42,844 bases of DNA from an uncultured Bacilli bacterium (GCA_947581715.1 CANPVK010000003.1:1-42844); one strand, 5' to 3'; shown: positions 6,858 through 17,148, counted from the stretch's first letter. A program made the numbers and translations. The notes: generated from the letters alone by a model not told the origin.

Positions 6858-9245
6858 TTAGATAATTTCTAAATCATCTATTAATTCACGATTTTCTAAT
6901 ACATTTTTATTATCTTTAATTTCATCCACAAAGATTGAGGTTTTTGTATTGGGAGCCAAAATATATACCTTGTTTTTTGTTCTGGTGATTGCTACATAAA
7001 ATAACCTTCTTTCTTCTGCAAATTCTATATCATCTTCCGATTCATCATTTAGAATAGAAAGTATTTCTTGTTCCTTTTTTTTACTAGGGAAGCCATATGT
7101 GTCATCTATGGCATTTAATAAAATCACCTGATCAAATCCTAATCCTTTTGCAGAATGCACTGTTAAAAACTTAATTTTCATGTCCTTATGATTTTGATAA
7201 ATAATTTCTTGTTCTGATTCGATTCCTTCTTTAAAACAGCTATTTTCCAAAATTTTTTCTTTGTCCTTATGATATCTTCCTAGGAGTAAAACATCATGTT
7301 TTGGATTATTTAAATATATTTGATCTAAAATACGAATTAATAATTCTCCAACAGCTGATTTTTGATTTCTATCATAGTAAATAATTTCGATTGGATTTGG
7401 TAAATGTTTGATTGATTTTAACTTTTTTTCAAACTGATTTGTATTTTTTAAAACAAATTCTCCGGCTATATCAATTAATTCTTGACTATTTCGGTAAGTA
7501 TTGGTAATTTTTATAATCTCTCCATATCCCATTAATTCACAAAATTTTGTAAACAATTGAATATCAGCGCCGCTAAAACCAAAAACGGCTTGCCAATCAT
7601 CCCCCACCCCAATAATTTTGGCATTAAAAATTTGGGAAATTTTTTGTAATAAATGAAATCTTTGAAAAGAAATATCTTGATATTCATCAACAATAATATA
7701 TCGATAATTTAATTTTTCTTCTGTCAAAGGATGCGAATCCATGTATCGATAGGCATAATTTACCATATCTTCAAAATCTACTAAATATTCTTTATGAATT
7801 TTTCTGTTATAATAATGATAAATTTCTCGAATAATGGTAAGTTGTTCTATTACTTCAGGTTTATTATCTATTTTATTTTTTAATGTAAAAAAATCTTCAT
7901 CTGTATAGTTTTTACTTTTAAATTTACTAATAAATGATAAAACTAAATCCGTAAATTTAAAGATTTGTGATTCTTTTTTTGTTTCCATAATTTTTAAGAA
8001 GATTTCTTTTTCATTTTTTTTGTCTGAAAAAATCTCTCTTTTTTCTAGTTCTTTCTTTAAAAAATCAAGATAGTCAGTTCTAGTATAATCATTGCTTGGA
8101 TATAACTCAATTAAATCTGTTCCATATTTTTGATGCAATAATTTCTTCTTTTGAATTAAATAACGATATTCTAATATTTCTTCTTTGGAATAATGACCTT
8201 TTTCTTCATATTTTATCAAACCATAAAATTCAATATAAATTTTCTTTCCTTGTGGTAAATAAATTGTAAAGTCTGGGTTATAGCTAATATAATGTTCACT
8301 TTCTTTATATCGCTGTTCATAGGAATAACAAATTCCATTTCGAAATAGGTAGTTAGCAATCAGCACTTCTGGTTTCGATTTTAAATATTCATTTTGAATA
8401 GAGCGCTTTCCTTCTAGACGTTTTTGAATTTCAGAATCATTCCATTCTTTTAAATGATTTTTTTCTTGTTCATAAGTTTGCATCGTATAGTGATTCCAGT
8501 AATCTTCAAAATTTGAATATTCTAAACAGCTTGGATCTAAAAATATATCTTTGCTAAAGGCGGACATTATTTTTTTTAATTTCTGTTTATTTGGAAAAAT
8601 AATTTCTTGAATATATTGATTAATAATTTTTCTTTGTTCGCCCAATTCTATTGCACTGACTTTTATCCCTAAGCGATCATTTAAAATAGCTAATCCTAAT
8701 TGATGAAAAGTTTTAACAGCTACATCCAGTTTAAATTCTTGATTCATTCGTTCATTTAATTCATCTACTGCTTTTTTTGTAAAAGATAATACAACGATTT
8801 CTTTTGGATCAATATGGCACTTTTCAATTAAATATTTTACTTTTGCTGTCATTGTAGTGGTTTTTCCACTACCTGCACCAGCTATTACTAAGGAATAATC
8901 TTCATCCATTAAAATGGCCTTACGCTGTTCATCATCTAATTGAATACTAGAGTCTATTTCATCGAATAAGTGGTCAAAATATTCCCGATATTCGATTAAT
9001 TTATGTTCTAAGAATTTTTGATTATGAGTTAGAATAATTTGTTCCAGTTCATTGGATACTTTTATAATGGTTCTTTTCCGAAAATCAGAGTCATCTAGGT
9101 CTAAAGCATGTAAAAATAAATAACTATATTGGTCTATTAATTTTTGATAATCTTTTTTACTTAAATAGGCATCTTTTTGCAAGAGCTCTTTCATATCAAC
9201 TACATAGTTTTGATATAGTTCATCTAAATATCCCACGTACAACAC
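6858..9245 (-). CDS. UvrD-family SF1 helicase (DNA helicase IV/HelD-like) with internal PD-(D/E)xK-like insertion
   Basis: LDDEQRKAI, AGAGSGKTT, LSFT, TFH, IIVDEYQD, VGDDWQAVFGFSG, YRNSQEL, TVHSAKGLGFD, EERRLFYVAITR; insertion KSKPEVLIANYLF...YNPDFTI...IYIEFYG. Confidence 0.85.
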   Translation of the reverse strand: MLYVGYLDELYQNYVVDMKELLQKDAYLSKKDYQKLIDQYSYLFLHALDLDDSDFRKRTIIKVSNELEQIILTHNQKFLEHKLIEYREYFDHLFDEIDSSIQLDDEQRKAILMDEDYSLVIAGAGSGKTTTMTAKVKYLIEKCHIDPKEIVVLSFTKKAVDELNERMNQEFKLDVAVKTFHQLGLAILNDRLGIKVSAIELGEQRKIINQYIQEIIFPNKQKLKKIMSAFSKDIFLDPSCLEYSNFEDYWNHYTMQTYEQEKNHLKEWNDSEIQKRLEGKRSIQNEYLKSKPEVLIANYLFRNGICYSYEQRYKESEHYISYNPDFTIYLPQGKKIYIEFYGLIKYEEKGHYSKEEILEYRYLIQKKKLLHQKYGTDLIELYPSNDYTRTDYLDFLKKELEKREIFSDKKNEKEIFLKIMETKKESQIFKFTDLVLSFISKFKSKNYTDEDFFTLKNKIDNKPEVIEQLTIIREIYHYYNRKIHKEYLVDFEDMVNYAYRYMDSHPLTEEKLNYRYIIVDEYQDISFQRFHLLQKISQIFNAKIIGVGDDWQAVFGFSGADIQLFTKFCELMGYGEIIKITNTYRNSQELIDIAGEFVLKNTNQFEKKLKSIKHLPNPIEIIYYDRNQKSAVGELLIRILDQIYLNNPKHDVLLLGRYHKDKEKILENSCFKEGIESEQEIIYQNHKDMKIKFLTVHSAKGLGFDQVILLNAIDDTYGFPSKKKEQEILSILNDESEDDIEFAEERRLFYVAITRTKNKVYILAPNTKTSIFVDEIKDNKNVLENRELIDDLEII

Positions 9246-9361
9246 CTACTTTTATTCTTCTATCTAACTATATCATAAAAAAGTAAAAAAGTGAAATAGT
9301 ATTTCGCAATTTTAAATTATGTTATCCTAGCAATGATTCCAATTTTATAAATAAAACAAAA

Positions 9362-9393
9362 AAAGAATTTGCTTCTTTATCTACAAATTCTTT
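9362..9393 (-). terminator. Intrinsic terminator
   Basis: aaagaatttg / caaattcttt stem overlapping the stop of the 256-aa gene, followed by a T-run on the minus strand. Confidence 0.55.
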
Positions 9394-10162
9394 ATACTTT
9401 TCTTGACTGAATCTCTGCAATTTTATCCAATACTTCTTTGGCATTTTCGTTATTGATTTCTGTATATCCTAATTCTTTTAAAGCTTGTACTTTTGCAGTA
9501 TTTAATTCTTGAGTTCTACTTAAAATTTCTTCTTTTTTATGTTCTATTTCTTGTACAAAACGTTTATGGGTTTCTGCAATTTTATTTTTAGAAGCACCAC
9601 CATTATTATAAAGTGTCATAGCTGAAAACATAATACTTTCAAAAATAAATTGTTTTTCTTCATGAAATACATACTCTTTATGATCTACAAATCCCATCGA
9701 TTTAGCTACATAAGCAAGCAAATATTTCAATTCTTTTGCCGTTTCCATAGATTGTAAAAAATAATATAAATAACGATAACTATGATATACATCCTTTGTT
9801 TTATCATCCACCAATTTTTCTTTTAAAAGTTGAATTAAATCTCCTAAAAGTTCTTGTTCTTTTTTATTTAGACCTTTTAATTCAGAGGGATCAGGAAGCT
9901 TTTCATTCTCATCCTTTACGCTTTCCTTCAAACGATTTTCTACTTGAATAATGTATTCACCATCTATCTTTATATTTTTTAAATCATTAATTTCATTGAT
10001 ACCTAATAAGCAAAGAACTTTCATTGACTTTTCCTTTGGCCAATTTTCTAAATTTTCCTCCGCTAAATAATTATAAAGCATTTGCCTAGAAACACCTAAA
10101 TATTTTGCTAAACGAACTTTGGAAATACCAAGCTCTGAAAGAATATCTTTTAACATATTCAT
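9392..10162 (-). CDS. Hypothetical protein with N-terminal XRE/Cro-like helix-turn-helix
   Basis: LKDILSELGISKVRLAKYLGVSRQMLYNYL HTH pattern; strong AGGAGG RBS; helical C-terminal part not recognised. Confidence 0.7.
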   Translation of the reverse strand: MNMLKDILSELGISKVRLAKYLGVSRQMLYNYLAEENLENWPKEKSMKVLCLLGINEINDLKNIKIDGEYIIQVENRLKESVKDENEKLPDPSELKGLNKKEQELLGDLIQLLKEKLVDDKTKDVYHSYRYLYYFLQSMETAKELKYLLAYVAKSMGFVDHKEYVFHEEKQFIFESIMFSAMTLYNNGGASKNKIAETHKRFVQEIEHKKEEILSRTQELNTAKVQALKELGYTEINNENAKEVLDKIAEIQSRKV

Positions 10163-10231
10163 GTCTATGACCTCCTAATATAATTCTATCACATAATACT
10201 AAAAATTCAAGTAATAAAGTTGACATTTATT

Positions 10232-11338
10232 TTACAAAACATACCAAATTTTTTTTCCATCTTTACACACTGTTTTAATAATTCCGCCACCAATGCATTT
10301 TTCTTGATCATAAAAGACACAAGCTTGTCCAGGAGTAACAGATTTAACAGCATCATATTTTACTAAAATTTCCCCATTTTCTAAATATTCTAAGGTAACA
10401 GGATAATCTTTCGCACGATAACGAAATTTAGCAGTACACTTTGTTGGTCTTTCTTCTGTATTAAAATTAACAGTATCAATGATACAACTATCCGATATTA
10501 AGTAAGGATTATCTTCTCCTAAAGCTACATACAAGATATTTTTTTCTAAGTTTTTTCCCACAACAAACATTCGATCTAATGTACCACCAATATCTAATCC
10601 CCTTCTCTGCCCTATGGTATAGTACATTAATCCAATATGTTTTCCTAAAACCTCATTTGTTTCGATATTAATAATATCTCCTGGTTGATTTGGTAAATAA
10701 TTTTTTAAAAAATTTTTAAAATTTCTTTCACCAATAAAACAAATACCGGTAGAATCTTTTTTCTTTGCTGTAATTAATTGGTAATCTTCTGCTATTTTTC
10801 TTACTTCCTGTTTTTCTAAATCTCCAATGGGAAATAGAACATTTTTCAATTGCTCTTTTGTAAGTTGAGATAAAAAATAAGTTTGATCTTTATTAGAATC
10901 TTTTGCACGTAAAAGTTGACCATTTTTAATTTTAGCATAATGACCTGTAGCAACATAATCTGCTCCCAATCTTTTTGCTTCACGAATAAAATAATCAAAT
11001 TTAATATATTTATTACACATAATATCAGGATTAGGAGTTCTACCTTTTTTTAATTCCTCCAAAAAGTATTCAAAAACATAATCCCAATATTCTTTCACAA
11101 AATCAACCCGATACAAAGGAATCCCAATTTTTTCACATACATCTTTTGCATCATTATAATCTTGTTCCTGGGGACAAATAGAAGCATCTAAATTTGGATT
11201 TCCTAAGAAGTCACCATTGATAGATGTATCCCAATTTCTCATAAATAGACCAATAACTTCATAACCTTGTTTTTTTAACAAAATAGCTGCAACACTACTG
11301 TCTACCCCACCAGACATACCAATTACTACCTTTTTCAT
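10232..11338 (-). CDS. mnmA: tRNA-specific 2-thiouridylase
   Basis: GMSGGVDSS, TPNPDIMCNKYIKF, ATGHYA, KDQTYFL, KKDSTGICFIG, TPGQ. Confidence 0.97.
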   Translation of the reverse strand: MKKVVIGMSGGVDSSVAAILLKKQGYEVIGLFMRNWDTSINGDFLGNPNLDASICPQEQDYNDAKDVCEKIGIPLYRVDFVKEYWDYVFEYFLEELKKGRTPNPDIMCNKYIKFDYFIREAKRLGADYVATGHYAKIKNGQLLRAKDSNKDQTYFLSQLTKEQLKNVLFPIGDLEKQEVRKIAEDYQLITAKKKDSTGICFIGERNFKNFLKNYLPNQPGDIINIETNEVLGKHIGLMYYTIGQRRGLDIGGTLDRMFVVGKNLEKNILYVALGEDNPYLISDSCIIDTVNFNTEERPTKCTAKFRYRAKDYPVTLEYLENGEILVKYDAVKSVTPGQACVFYDQEKCIGGGIIKTVCKDGKKIWYVL

Positions 11339-11379
11339 GATATCACCACTACATCTATTATAGATACTTTCCTAATTCT

Positions 11380-12006
11380 TTACAAGAAAAAATCTAGAAA
11401 AAATGGAACAACAAAAATTTCAAATAAGGAACAAATGGTAATTCCAACAATTCCAATGATAAATATATGGCAATATCTTTTGAAATAATGAGTTAAAGTG
11501 ATATTTTGTTTAAAAAATAATACTTGTAGTAATCGGATAGAAAAATTAATAGCATAAAAAGAAGTTAATAAAAAGAGAATCAATAACAAAAAATGGTGAG
11601 GAAAAAGATAAAGAAAAGAAAGAATAATACCCTTCCAACCATAAAGAGAAATGATAGAAGAAAAAGTAAATCCAAAGATAAATCCTTTTAAAAATAAAGC
11701 CAAAATAATAATCGGAATTCCAACTATAGAAATTCCTAAAATCCAAAGAATAAATAAAAAGAAAAAATTAGAACCAATGCTATTCCAAAAAGAGGTAAAG
11801 TAATTTATTTTCTTTTCTGAAATACTTTGAAAAAATAAAGATAATTGTTCTTTTACTAGCAACTTGTCCTCTTTTGAAATAAAAAATAAAAATAAAGCTC
11901 CACTAATCACTCCACATAAAACAATAATGCATAAAAATAAATATTTTTTCTTCTGATTCATAATTTTACTTTTCATTTGCTTTGTTATTTGCTTCATTAT
12001 TTTCAC
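11380..12006 (-). CDS. spoIIM: Stage II sporulation protein M
   Basis: Membrane protein with LWILGISIVGIPII....FLKGFIFGFT and FP-H motif; sigmaE promoter upstream. The true start may be the ATG at 11997. Confidence 0.85.
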   Translation of the reverse strand: MKIMKQITKQMKSKIMNQKKKYLFLCIIVLCGVISGALFLFFISKEDKLLVKEQLSLFFQSISEKKINYFTSFWNSIGSNFFFLFILWILGISIVGIPIIILALFLKGFIFGFTFSSIISLYGWKGIILSFLYLFPHHFLLLILFLLTSFYAINFSIRLLQVLFFKQNITLTHYFKRYCHIFIIGIVGITICSLFEIFVVPFFLDFFL

Positions 12007-12013
12007 CTAATCC

Positions 12014-12042
12014 ATCTTATGGAAAAGAAGAAAAAAATATGA
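12014..12042 (-). promoter_or_regulatory. sigmaE-type promoter of spoIIM
   Basis: Minus strand TCATATT-14 bp-CATAAGAT. Confidence 0.7.
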
Positions 12043-12049
12043 ATAATAT

Positions 12050-12078
12050 TTTACTTTTTTGAAAAGTTACATTATAAT
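12050..12078 (+). promoter_or_regulatory. sigmaA promoter of the 30-aa ORF
   Basis: TTTACT-17 bp-TATAAT. Confidence 0.65.
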
Positions 12079-12113
12079 AATAGACAGAATGTAGGAAAGG
12101 AAAGGAAAGGATT

Positions 12114-12206
12114 ATGAATAAAAAACTTCTAAAAATAATGTCTGTCTTTTTGGCATTAATTATGTTAGGTTCCTTCATTGCAGGAATTGTCATTTTATTT
12201 ATTTAA
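12114..12206 (+). CDS. 30-aa single-TM mini-protein, Prli42/DUF4044-like (not in ORF track)
   Basis: MNKKLLKIMSVFLALIMLGSFIAGIVILFI; own promoter, repeated AGGAA Shine-Dalgarno and downstream terminator. Confidence 0.72.
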   Translation: MNKKLLKIMSVFLALIMLGSFIAGIVILFI

Positions 12207-12255
12207 GAACCATCTTTTATCAATGTAAAACACATTTAAGGTTATCATAAAAGCA

Positions 12256-12287
12256 AAAAATCAGAAACATATTTGTTTCTGATTTTT
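12256..12287. terminator. Bidirectional intrinsic terminator
   Basis: 14-bp perfect stem aaaaatcagaaaca / tgtttctgattttt, loop tatt, between convergent genes. Confidence 0.8.
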
Positions 12288-12341
12288 ATCATATTAAAAC
12301 CTAGTTTTATTATAAAATTGATAATGAAATATGGTAAAGAT

Positions 12342-12791
12342 TTAATCCCTGCAAGATAATTCTACTTTTACATCAAAATCAGCTACTTGATAAGACTCTT
12401 TCGGATAAAAAATAACTTTGCTATTATCTGAATTACACTGATGATCATCAAAAATCTTTTTCCCTTCTTCTGACATTGGTAATACTGTAATCAAATCAGA
12501 AATACTAAATGTAATTCCAATATCTTGAAAATTAGCTAATTGAAGAACACTTTCTTCAGATAAACCAACATAATATTTCGTCTCATAAAAATCTTTTGCA
12601 AAAGCAATAATTTCATTTTCTAAATTATCTCTTTGCTCCATTTGCTTTTGATCTTCTGTACGAGATAAGAAAATGGTTAATAATAAAATAATAATGAAAA
12701 TCACTATTCCCCCTATTAATAAAAATAGATTATGATTTTTAACCGATTTTTTTTCTGCCATATTTTTCTTTTTTGTTTTTCTTTTTTCCAT
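12342..12791 (-). CDS. Hypothetical membrane-anchored protein
   Basis: Basic N-terminus, one TM, small extracellular domain with two Cys; GGGAGG RBS. Confidence 0.7.
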   Translation of the reverse strand: MEKRKTKKKNMAEKKSVKNHNLFLLIGGIVIFIIILLLTIFLSRTEDQKQMEQRDNLENEIIAFAKDFYETKYYVGLSEESVLQLANFQDIGITFSISDLITVLPMSEEGKKIFDDHQCNSDNSKVIFYPKESYQVADFDVKVELSCRD

Positions 12792-12805
12792 ATTATTTTT
12801 CCTCC

Positions 12806-13225
12806 CTATTCATTAAGAAAAAATGGAATTAAACTGGTTGTTGATTTTTTCTCCGTGTCAACTTTTATAATCTTATATAATCCTAAATGACACTCTGTTA
12901 CTGTTTTTAATTCAGTCTCCGTTTTTTTGGTACTCATACACCAAATTGGTTTTTCATCATTTCGAATTTTTTGCATATTAATTACCCCAATAGCAGCCTC
13001 TACGATGATAAAAAGAAATAATAGAATCGTTAAAAGATTAAAAATGGTTTTTATAATCCCTCTTTTTTTCTGGATAGGTTTCTTCTTTTCTACTGGTATT
13101 GACTCCATCATTTGATTATCAGATATTGATTGGGAATTTTCTACTGGTTCTACTATTGGTGCTACCGTAGGATTCTGATTGGTTTCCATATTTGTTATAT
13201 TTTCTTGATTTTGATTCTCATTCAT
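12806..13225 (-). CDS. Hypothetical membrane protein
   Basis: Disordered N-terminus, one TM, C-terminal PIWC...CHLGLYKI segment; AAGGAG RBS. Confidence 0.7.
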   Translation of the reverse strand: MNENQNQENITNMETNQNPTVAPIVEPVENSQSISDNQMMESIPVEKKKPIQKKRGIIKTIFNLLTILLFLFIIVEAAIGVINMQKIRNDEKPIWCMSTKKTETELKTVTECHLGLYKIIKVDTEKKSTTSLIPFFLNE

Positions 13226-13287
13226 ATTATTCTTACTCCTTTATTCTACCAATAATCGTATCATATCTTTTTTAAAAAGTAAAGAAA

Positions 13288-13908
13288 TTAGCTTTGAATT
13301 TCTTGAATTACTGAGTATATTAATTCAGAAGAAGTTTCAATAAAAGTGATAATTTGCTCTAAATTAAAAGTATAGGCTTTATTCACCTTGGTATTTTCAA
13401 TGATAACGCCAGTATAATCAATTAATAAAGATAATTTGGAAATTGGAATTTCTTCCATTTCGATATCCGGCAGAACAGCTTGTTCATAAAACAAAGATAA
13501 ATCTAGTTGATAATAATCTATTAATTGGATATTTAAATTGGTATAATCATTATAAATTAACTTTTTATAAGTATCCGGATCTCTTTTTACAGAAGTACCA
13601 TCTAATAATCGTATCGAATCTTTTTCTATGATTTCAGAGATAAAATATTTATCCCATAAAAAATCTGTATAAAGATGAATAAAATATCCCATAAGAAAAG
13701 GATGATTGAATTGAGATTGGTATTTCTTTAAAAAACGTTCTACATCTACTTTGTTTCCTTCTGTTAAAAAATGACTTTTTTCTTTGGTTTGTCCTACATG
13801 TTTACTGATATCTGGAGCAATCGATCCTAAAAGTAACATATTTTCTGGTAATTTTAATTTTTCATTTATTTTTTTCGCAATACACATATGAATTACAGAA
13901 CTTGCCAT
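13288..13908 (-). CDS. Zinc-dependent phospholipase C family (metal-dependent hydrolase)
   Basis: N-terminal H (VIHMCIA), LGSIAPD, SHF, GYFIHLYTD metal-binding motifs. Confidence 0.75.
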   Translation of the reverse strand: MASSVIHMCIAKKINEKLKLPENMLLLGSIAPDISKHVGQTKEKSHFLTEGNKVDVERFLKKYQSQFNHPFLMGYFIHLYTDFLWDKYFISEIIEKDSIRLLDGTSVKRDPDTYKKLIYNDYTNLNIQLIDYYQLDLSLFYEQAVLPDIEMEEIPISKLSLLIDYTGVIIENTKVNKAYTFNLEQIITFIETSSELIYSVIQEIQS

Positions 13909-13990
13909 TTTCTATCACCTACTTTTCTATTATAACCAATATTATTTTTTTTAGGAAGATAAAATAGTAAAAAGAGGCCAAAATGGTCTC

Positions 13991-14977
13991 TTAGTTTTCT
14001 CCTTCTTTTAACATTGTGGTAATAAAGATTCCATATCCTTTTCCGGGATCATTCACTACAACGTGCGTAACTGCTCCAATAACTTTATCGTTTTGGATGA
14101 TGGGACTTCCACTCATTCCAGCTACTACTCCACCTGTTTTTTCTAATAATTCTTGGTCAGTGATTTGGAATAAAATATTTTTGGTAGGATTCGTTTTATC
14201 GATATGAATAATTTCGATATCATAATTTTGAATGGTATGGTCGTTAATGACTGTCCTAATTTGAGCACTTCCTAGTTTTACATTGTCTGGTTCCTCAACC
14301 TCAATCACGTTACTATTTGGAAGTTCTTCTTGGTAGGTCCCAAAAATTCCACTTTCTTGGTTTTCTTGAATTGTTCCATATACTTCTTCACTATAGAATT
14401 TTGCTTCTTTAGAACCTGGTGTTCCGTTTTCACTACGTTCAATTCCTGTTACCTCTGATTTAAAAATGGTTCCATCTTTGATTTCTACTTTTTCAGAAGT
14501 GGTTTTTTCACTAATTTCATGCCCTAAAGCACCAAAAATTTTGGTATTGGGATCGATATAAGTTAAAGTACCAATTCCGTTAATTTGATCTTTTACATAT
14601 AATCCTGTTTTATAGATTCCATTTTTATCTTTTTTGAGAGCTAAAGTAGTGGTCATTTCTTTGTCATTTCGTAGAAAAGTAATGGTAATCGGACCGAATT
14701 CTTTCCCTTGATCAATAACTGAAATCATTTCATCAATTGAAGAAATTGCTTGGTTATTTACTTTCGTTATTTTATCTCCTACTTTTAAACCTGCATCTTC
14801 TCCGATGTATTCCTCTTCTACCTTATAAAAACCAACCACCATGACATATTTGGAGTGAATTTGAATCCCAATATTTTCTCCACCTAGTATAATTTGATTG
14901 GAATATGCAAATACTATAGATGGAAAAAAACTCAAAAAAAAGAAGGAAAAATATAGTAGTTTCTTTTTAAAATTCAT
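13991..14977 (-). CDS. spoIVB: SpoIVB peptidase (S55) with PDZ domain
   Basis: GGENIGI, PDZ AGLKVGDKI, GIGTLTYIDP, FGALGH, TGGVVAGMSGSPIIQ, GAVTHV. Confidence 0.93.
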   Translation of the reverse strand: MNFKKKLLYFSFFFLSFFPSIVFAYSNQIILGGENIGIQIHSKYVMVVGFYKVEEEYIGEDAGLKVGDKITKVNNQAISSIDEMISVIDQGKEFGPITITFLRNDKEMTTTLALKKDKNGIYKTGLYVKDQINGIGTLTYIDPNTKIFGALGHEISEKTTSEKVEIKDGTIFKSEVTGIERSENGTPGSKEAKFYSEEVYGTIQENQESGIFGTYQEELPNSNVIEVEEPDNVKLGSAQIRTVINDHTIQNYDIEIIHIDKTNPTKNILFQITDQELLEKTGGVVAGMSGSPIIQNDKVIGAVTHVVVNDPGKGYGIFITTMLKEGEN

Positions 14978-15011
14978 GATTTCATCTCCTTTTAAAAATC
15001 GACTACATTAG

Positions 15012-15041
15012 TATTATGGGAAAAAATAATTTTTCTATATC
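15012..15041 (-). promoter_or_regulatory. sigmaG/sigmaF-like promoter of spoIVB
   Basis: Minus strand GATATA-17 bp-CATAATA. Confidence 0.45.
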
Positions 15042-15071
15042 ATGTAAAATATTCCAATCAAAAATAGAAGA

Positions 15072-15302
15072 TTACTCTTCTATTTGAAAATTTTCTAGTT
15101 TTCCATCTTTATTTAGAATTTGGTTCACTTGTTCTTCGGCATTTTTTAATTTTTCATCACAAATTTTTGCCAATGTAACAGCTTCTGTAAAACTGGATAT
15201 CGCATCATCTAAAGGGATATCTCCTGTTTCCAATTTTTTCACAATCGTTTCTAATTTTTCTAAATTTTCTTCAAATGATAATTCTTTGGTTTCTTTTGCC
15301 AT
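15072..15302 (-). CDS. xseB: Exodeoxyribonuclease VII small subunit
   Basis: SFEENLEKLETIVKKLETGDIPLDDAI...L...C...L..AE. Confidence 0.95.
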   Translation of the reverse strand: MAKETKELSFEENLEKLETIVKKLETGDIPLDDAISSFTEAVTLAKICDEKLKNAEEQVNQILNKDGKLENFQIEE

Positions 15303-15305
15303 GTT

Positions 15306-16667
15306 CTATTCCTCCTTTTTCTCTATGATTTGTTGGACTTTTGCTTTTATTTCACCATCTCTCAAAGTTACTGTAATCAAATCATTTTTTTGTAAAATTT
15401 TTATATTAGTGATTACTTTATTTTCTTTTTTCGTAATACTATATCCTCTTTTTATAGTCAGTAATGGATTTAGTATTTCTAATTTATTTAAATTCGTTAG
15501 ATAGATATTTTTTCTTTTTTCCAAATAGTTTTCTATATCTTTCTCCATATTTTTTGTCATTTCTTGAAAAATTGTTCTTTCGCTCGTTAAAAAAAGTTTA
15601 ATATGATTTTCTAAAAGTAATCTTTTTTCTTCTAAGATTCTTCGTTCTTTTTCTAAAATAGAAGTCATGAAGAGCGATAATTTTTCATATAAAGTATCAA
15701 ATTTTTGTTCTTTAACCTGATAGATGGAAAGTGGATTTTTTAAGATATAACTATTTTGTAGTGTTGCGAGTCTTTCTTTTCTTTTTTCTATTTCTACTGT
15801 TATTGCTTTGGTAAAACGTAAATTTACTTGTTTTAAATACTGATAAAAATCTGTTTGATTGGGAACTGCCATTTCTGCTGCTCCGGTTGGAGTTGGTGCT
15901 CTTAAATCCGCAACATAATCGCTAATGGTAAAGTCAATTTCATGCCCTACTGCAGAAATCACTGGAATTTTACAGTGATAGATAGCTCGTGCAACATTTT
16001 CATCATTAAAACACCATAAATCCTCGATACTTCCTCCTCCACGACCTACAATTAAGACATCGATATCATATTCTTGTGCTTTTTCGATCTGTGCTACAAC
16101 TTCTGGAGCTGCGCTAGCTCCTTGCACTAAACTGGGAAATAAAATGGTTTTAGTAATAGGCCATCTTCTTTTAATCGTTGATAGAATATCTTTAATCGCT
16201 GCTCCGGTTGGAGCGGTTACAATGCCAATCGTTTTTGGAAATTTCGGAATCTTTTTCTTTTTGGCGGGATCAAATAATCCTTCTTGTGCTAATTTCTTTT
16301 TTAATTTTTCATACTCGATATAAAGGTTCCCTACTCCATCTTGAATCATTTCTTCTACATAAATTTGATAACCACCTGTTGCTTCATAAACGCTAATTCT
16401 ACCAGTTACTAAAACTTTCATTCCATCTTCTGGTAGAAAAGAAAGTTTACTTGCTTGACTTACAAACATCACGGCATTAATTCTAGAAGTTTCATCTTTC
16501 AACGTAAAGTAAAGATGACCTCTTGTATGTTTTTTAAAATTCGAAATTTCTCCTTTTAGAAAAATATGAATTAAATTTTCATCTTGATCAAATTTAAATT
16601 TTAAATATCGATTTAATTGACTAACCGAAATATATTTATCTTCCATAAAAAACCTATTCATTTTCAT
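15306..16667 (-). CDS. xseA: Exodeoxyribonuclease VII large subunit
   Basis: [59 protein letters not shown]. The true start is probably slightly downstream (MEDK). Confidence 0.95.
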   Translation of the reverse strand: MKMNRFFMEDKYISVSQLNRYLKFKFDQDENLIHIFLKGEISNFKKHTRGHLYFTLKDETSRINAVMFVSQASKLSFLPEDGMKVLVTGRISVYEATGGYQIYVEEMIQDGVGNLYIEYEKLKKKLAQEGLFDPAKKKKIPKFPKTIGIVTAPTGAAIKDILSTIKRRWPITKTILFPSLVQGASAAPEVVAQIEKAQEYDIDVLIVGRGGGSIEDLWCFNDENVARAIYHCKIPVISAVGHEIDFTISDYVADLRAPTPTGAAEMAVPNQTDFYQYLKQVNLRFTKAITVEIEKRKERLATLQNSYILKNPLSIYQVKEQKFDTLYEKLSLFMTSILEKERRILEEKRLLLENHIKLFLTSERTIFQEMTKNMEKDIENYLEKRKNIYLTNLNKLEILNPLLTIKRGYSITKKENKVITNIKILQKNDLITVTLRDGEIKAKVQQIIEKKEE

Positions 16668-17052
16668 GATAAATGCTATCTAAAACAGCATTAATCATTT
16701 TTGTTACTTTTTCATCACTATATTTTTTAGATAATTCAATTGCTTCATTAATCGCAACTACTGGTGGCGTTTCTGTGTATAAAAGTTCATAAATTCCCAA
16801 AGATACAATCGCTTGATCTACTTTGTTTAAACGTTCCATAGGCCAACTTTCTAAATAAGTATTAGCTTTTGCATAAATTTCTTTTTGATGATCGAGAATT
16901 TCTTGAATAGCAGTCGTGACAAATTCATTTTCTACCTCTAATTGTTCTTTAATTAAAGCTGGAATACTAAAATCTACTTCCGATTCTTTTAAAATAAAAA
17001 CTTGGTATAAGACTTTCATAATCACTTCTCTTAAATAACTGCGATTTTTCAT
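16654..17052 (-). CDS. nusB: Transcription antitermination factor NusB
   Basis: R...[38 protein letters not shown]. Confidence 0.93.
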   Translation of the reverse strand: MKNRSYLREVIMKVLYQVFILKESEVDFSIPALIKEQLEVENEFVTTAIQEILDHQKEIYAKANTYLESWPMERLNKVDQAIVSLGIYELLYTETPPVVAINEAIELSKKYSDEKVTKMINAVLDSIYHENE

Positions 17053-17148
17053 ATTACATCACCTATTAGTTAGTGTAACATAAAGAGAATAAAAAGTCAC
17101 AAGTTTTAAAAAAAATAATAAAAAAAGACATCATTTTTAGATATCTTT

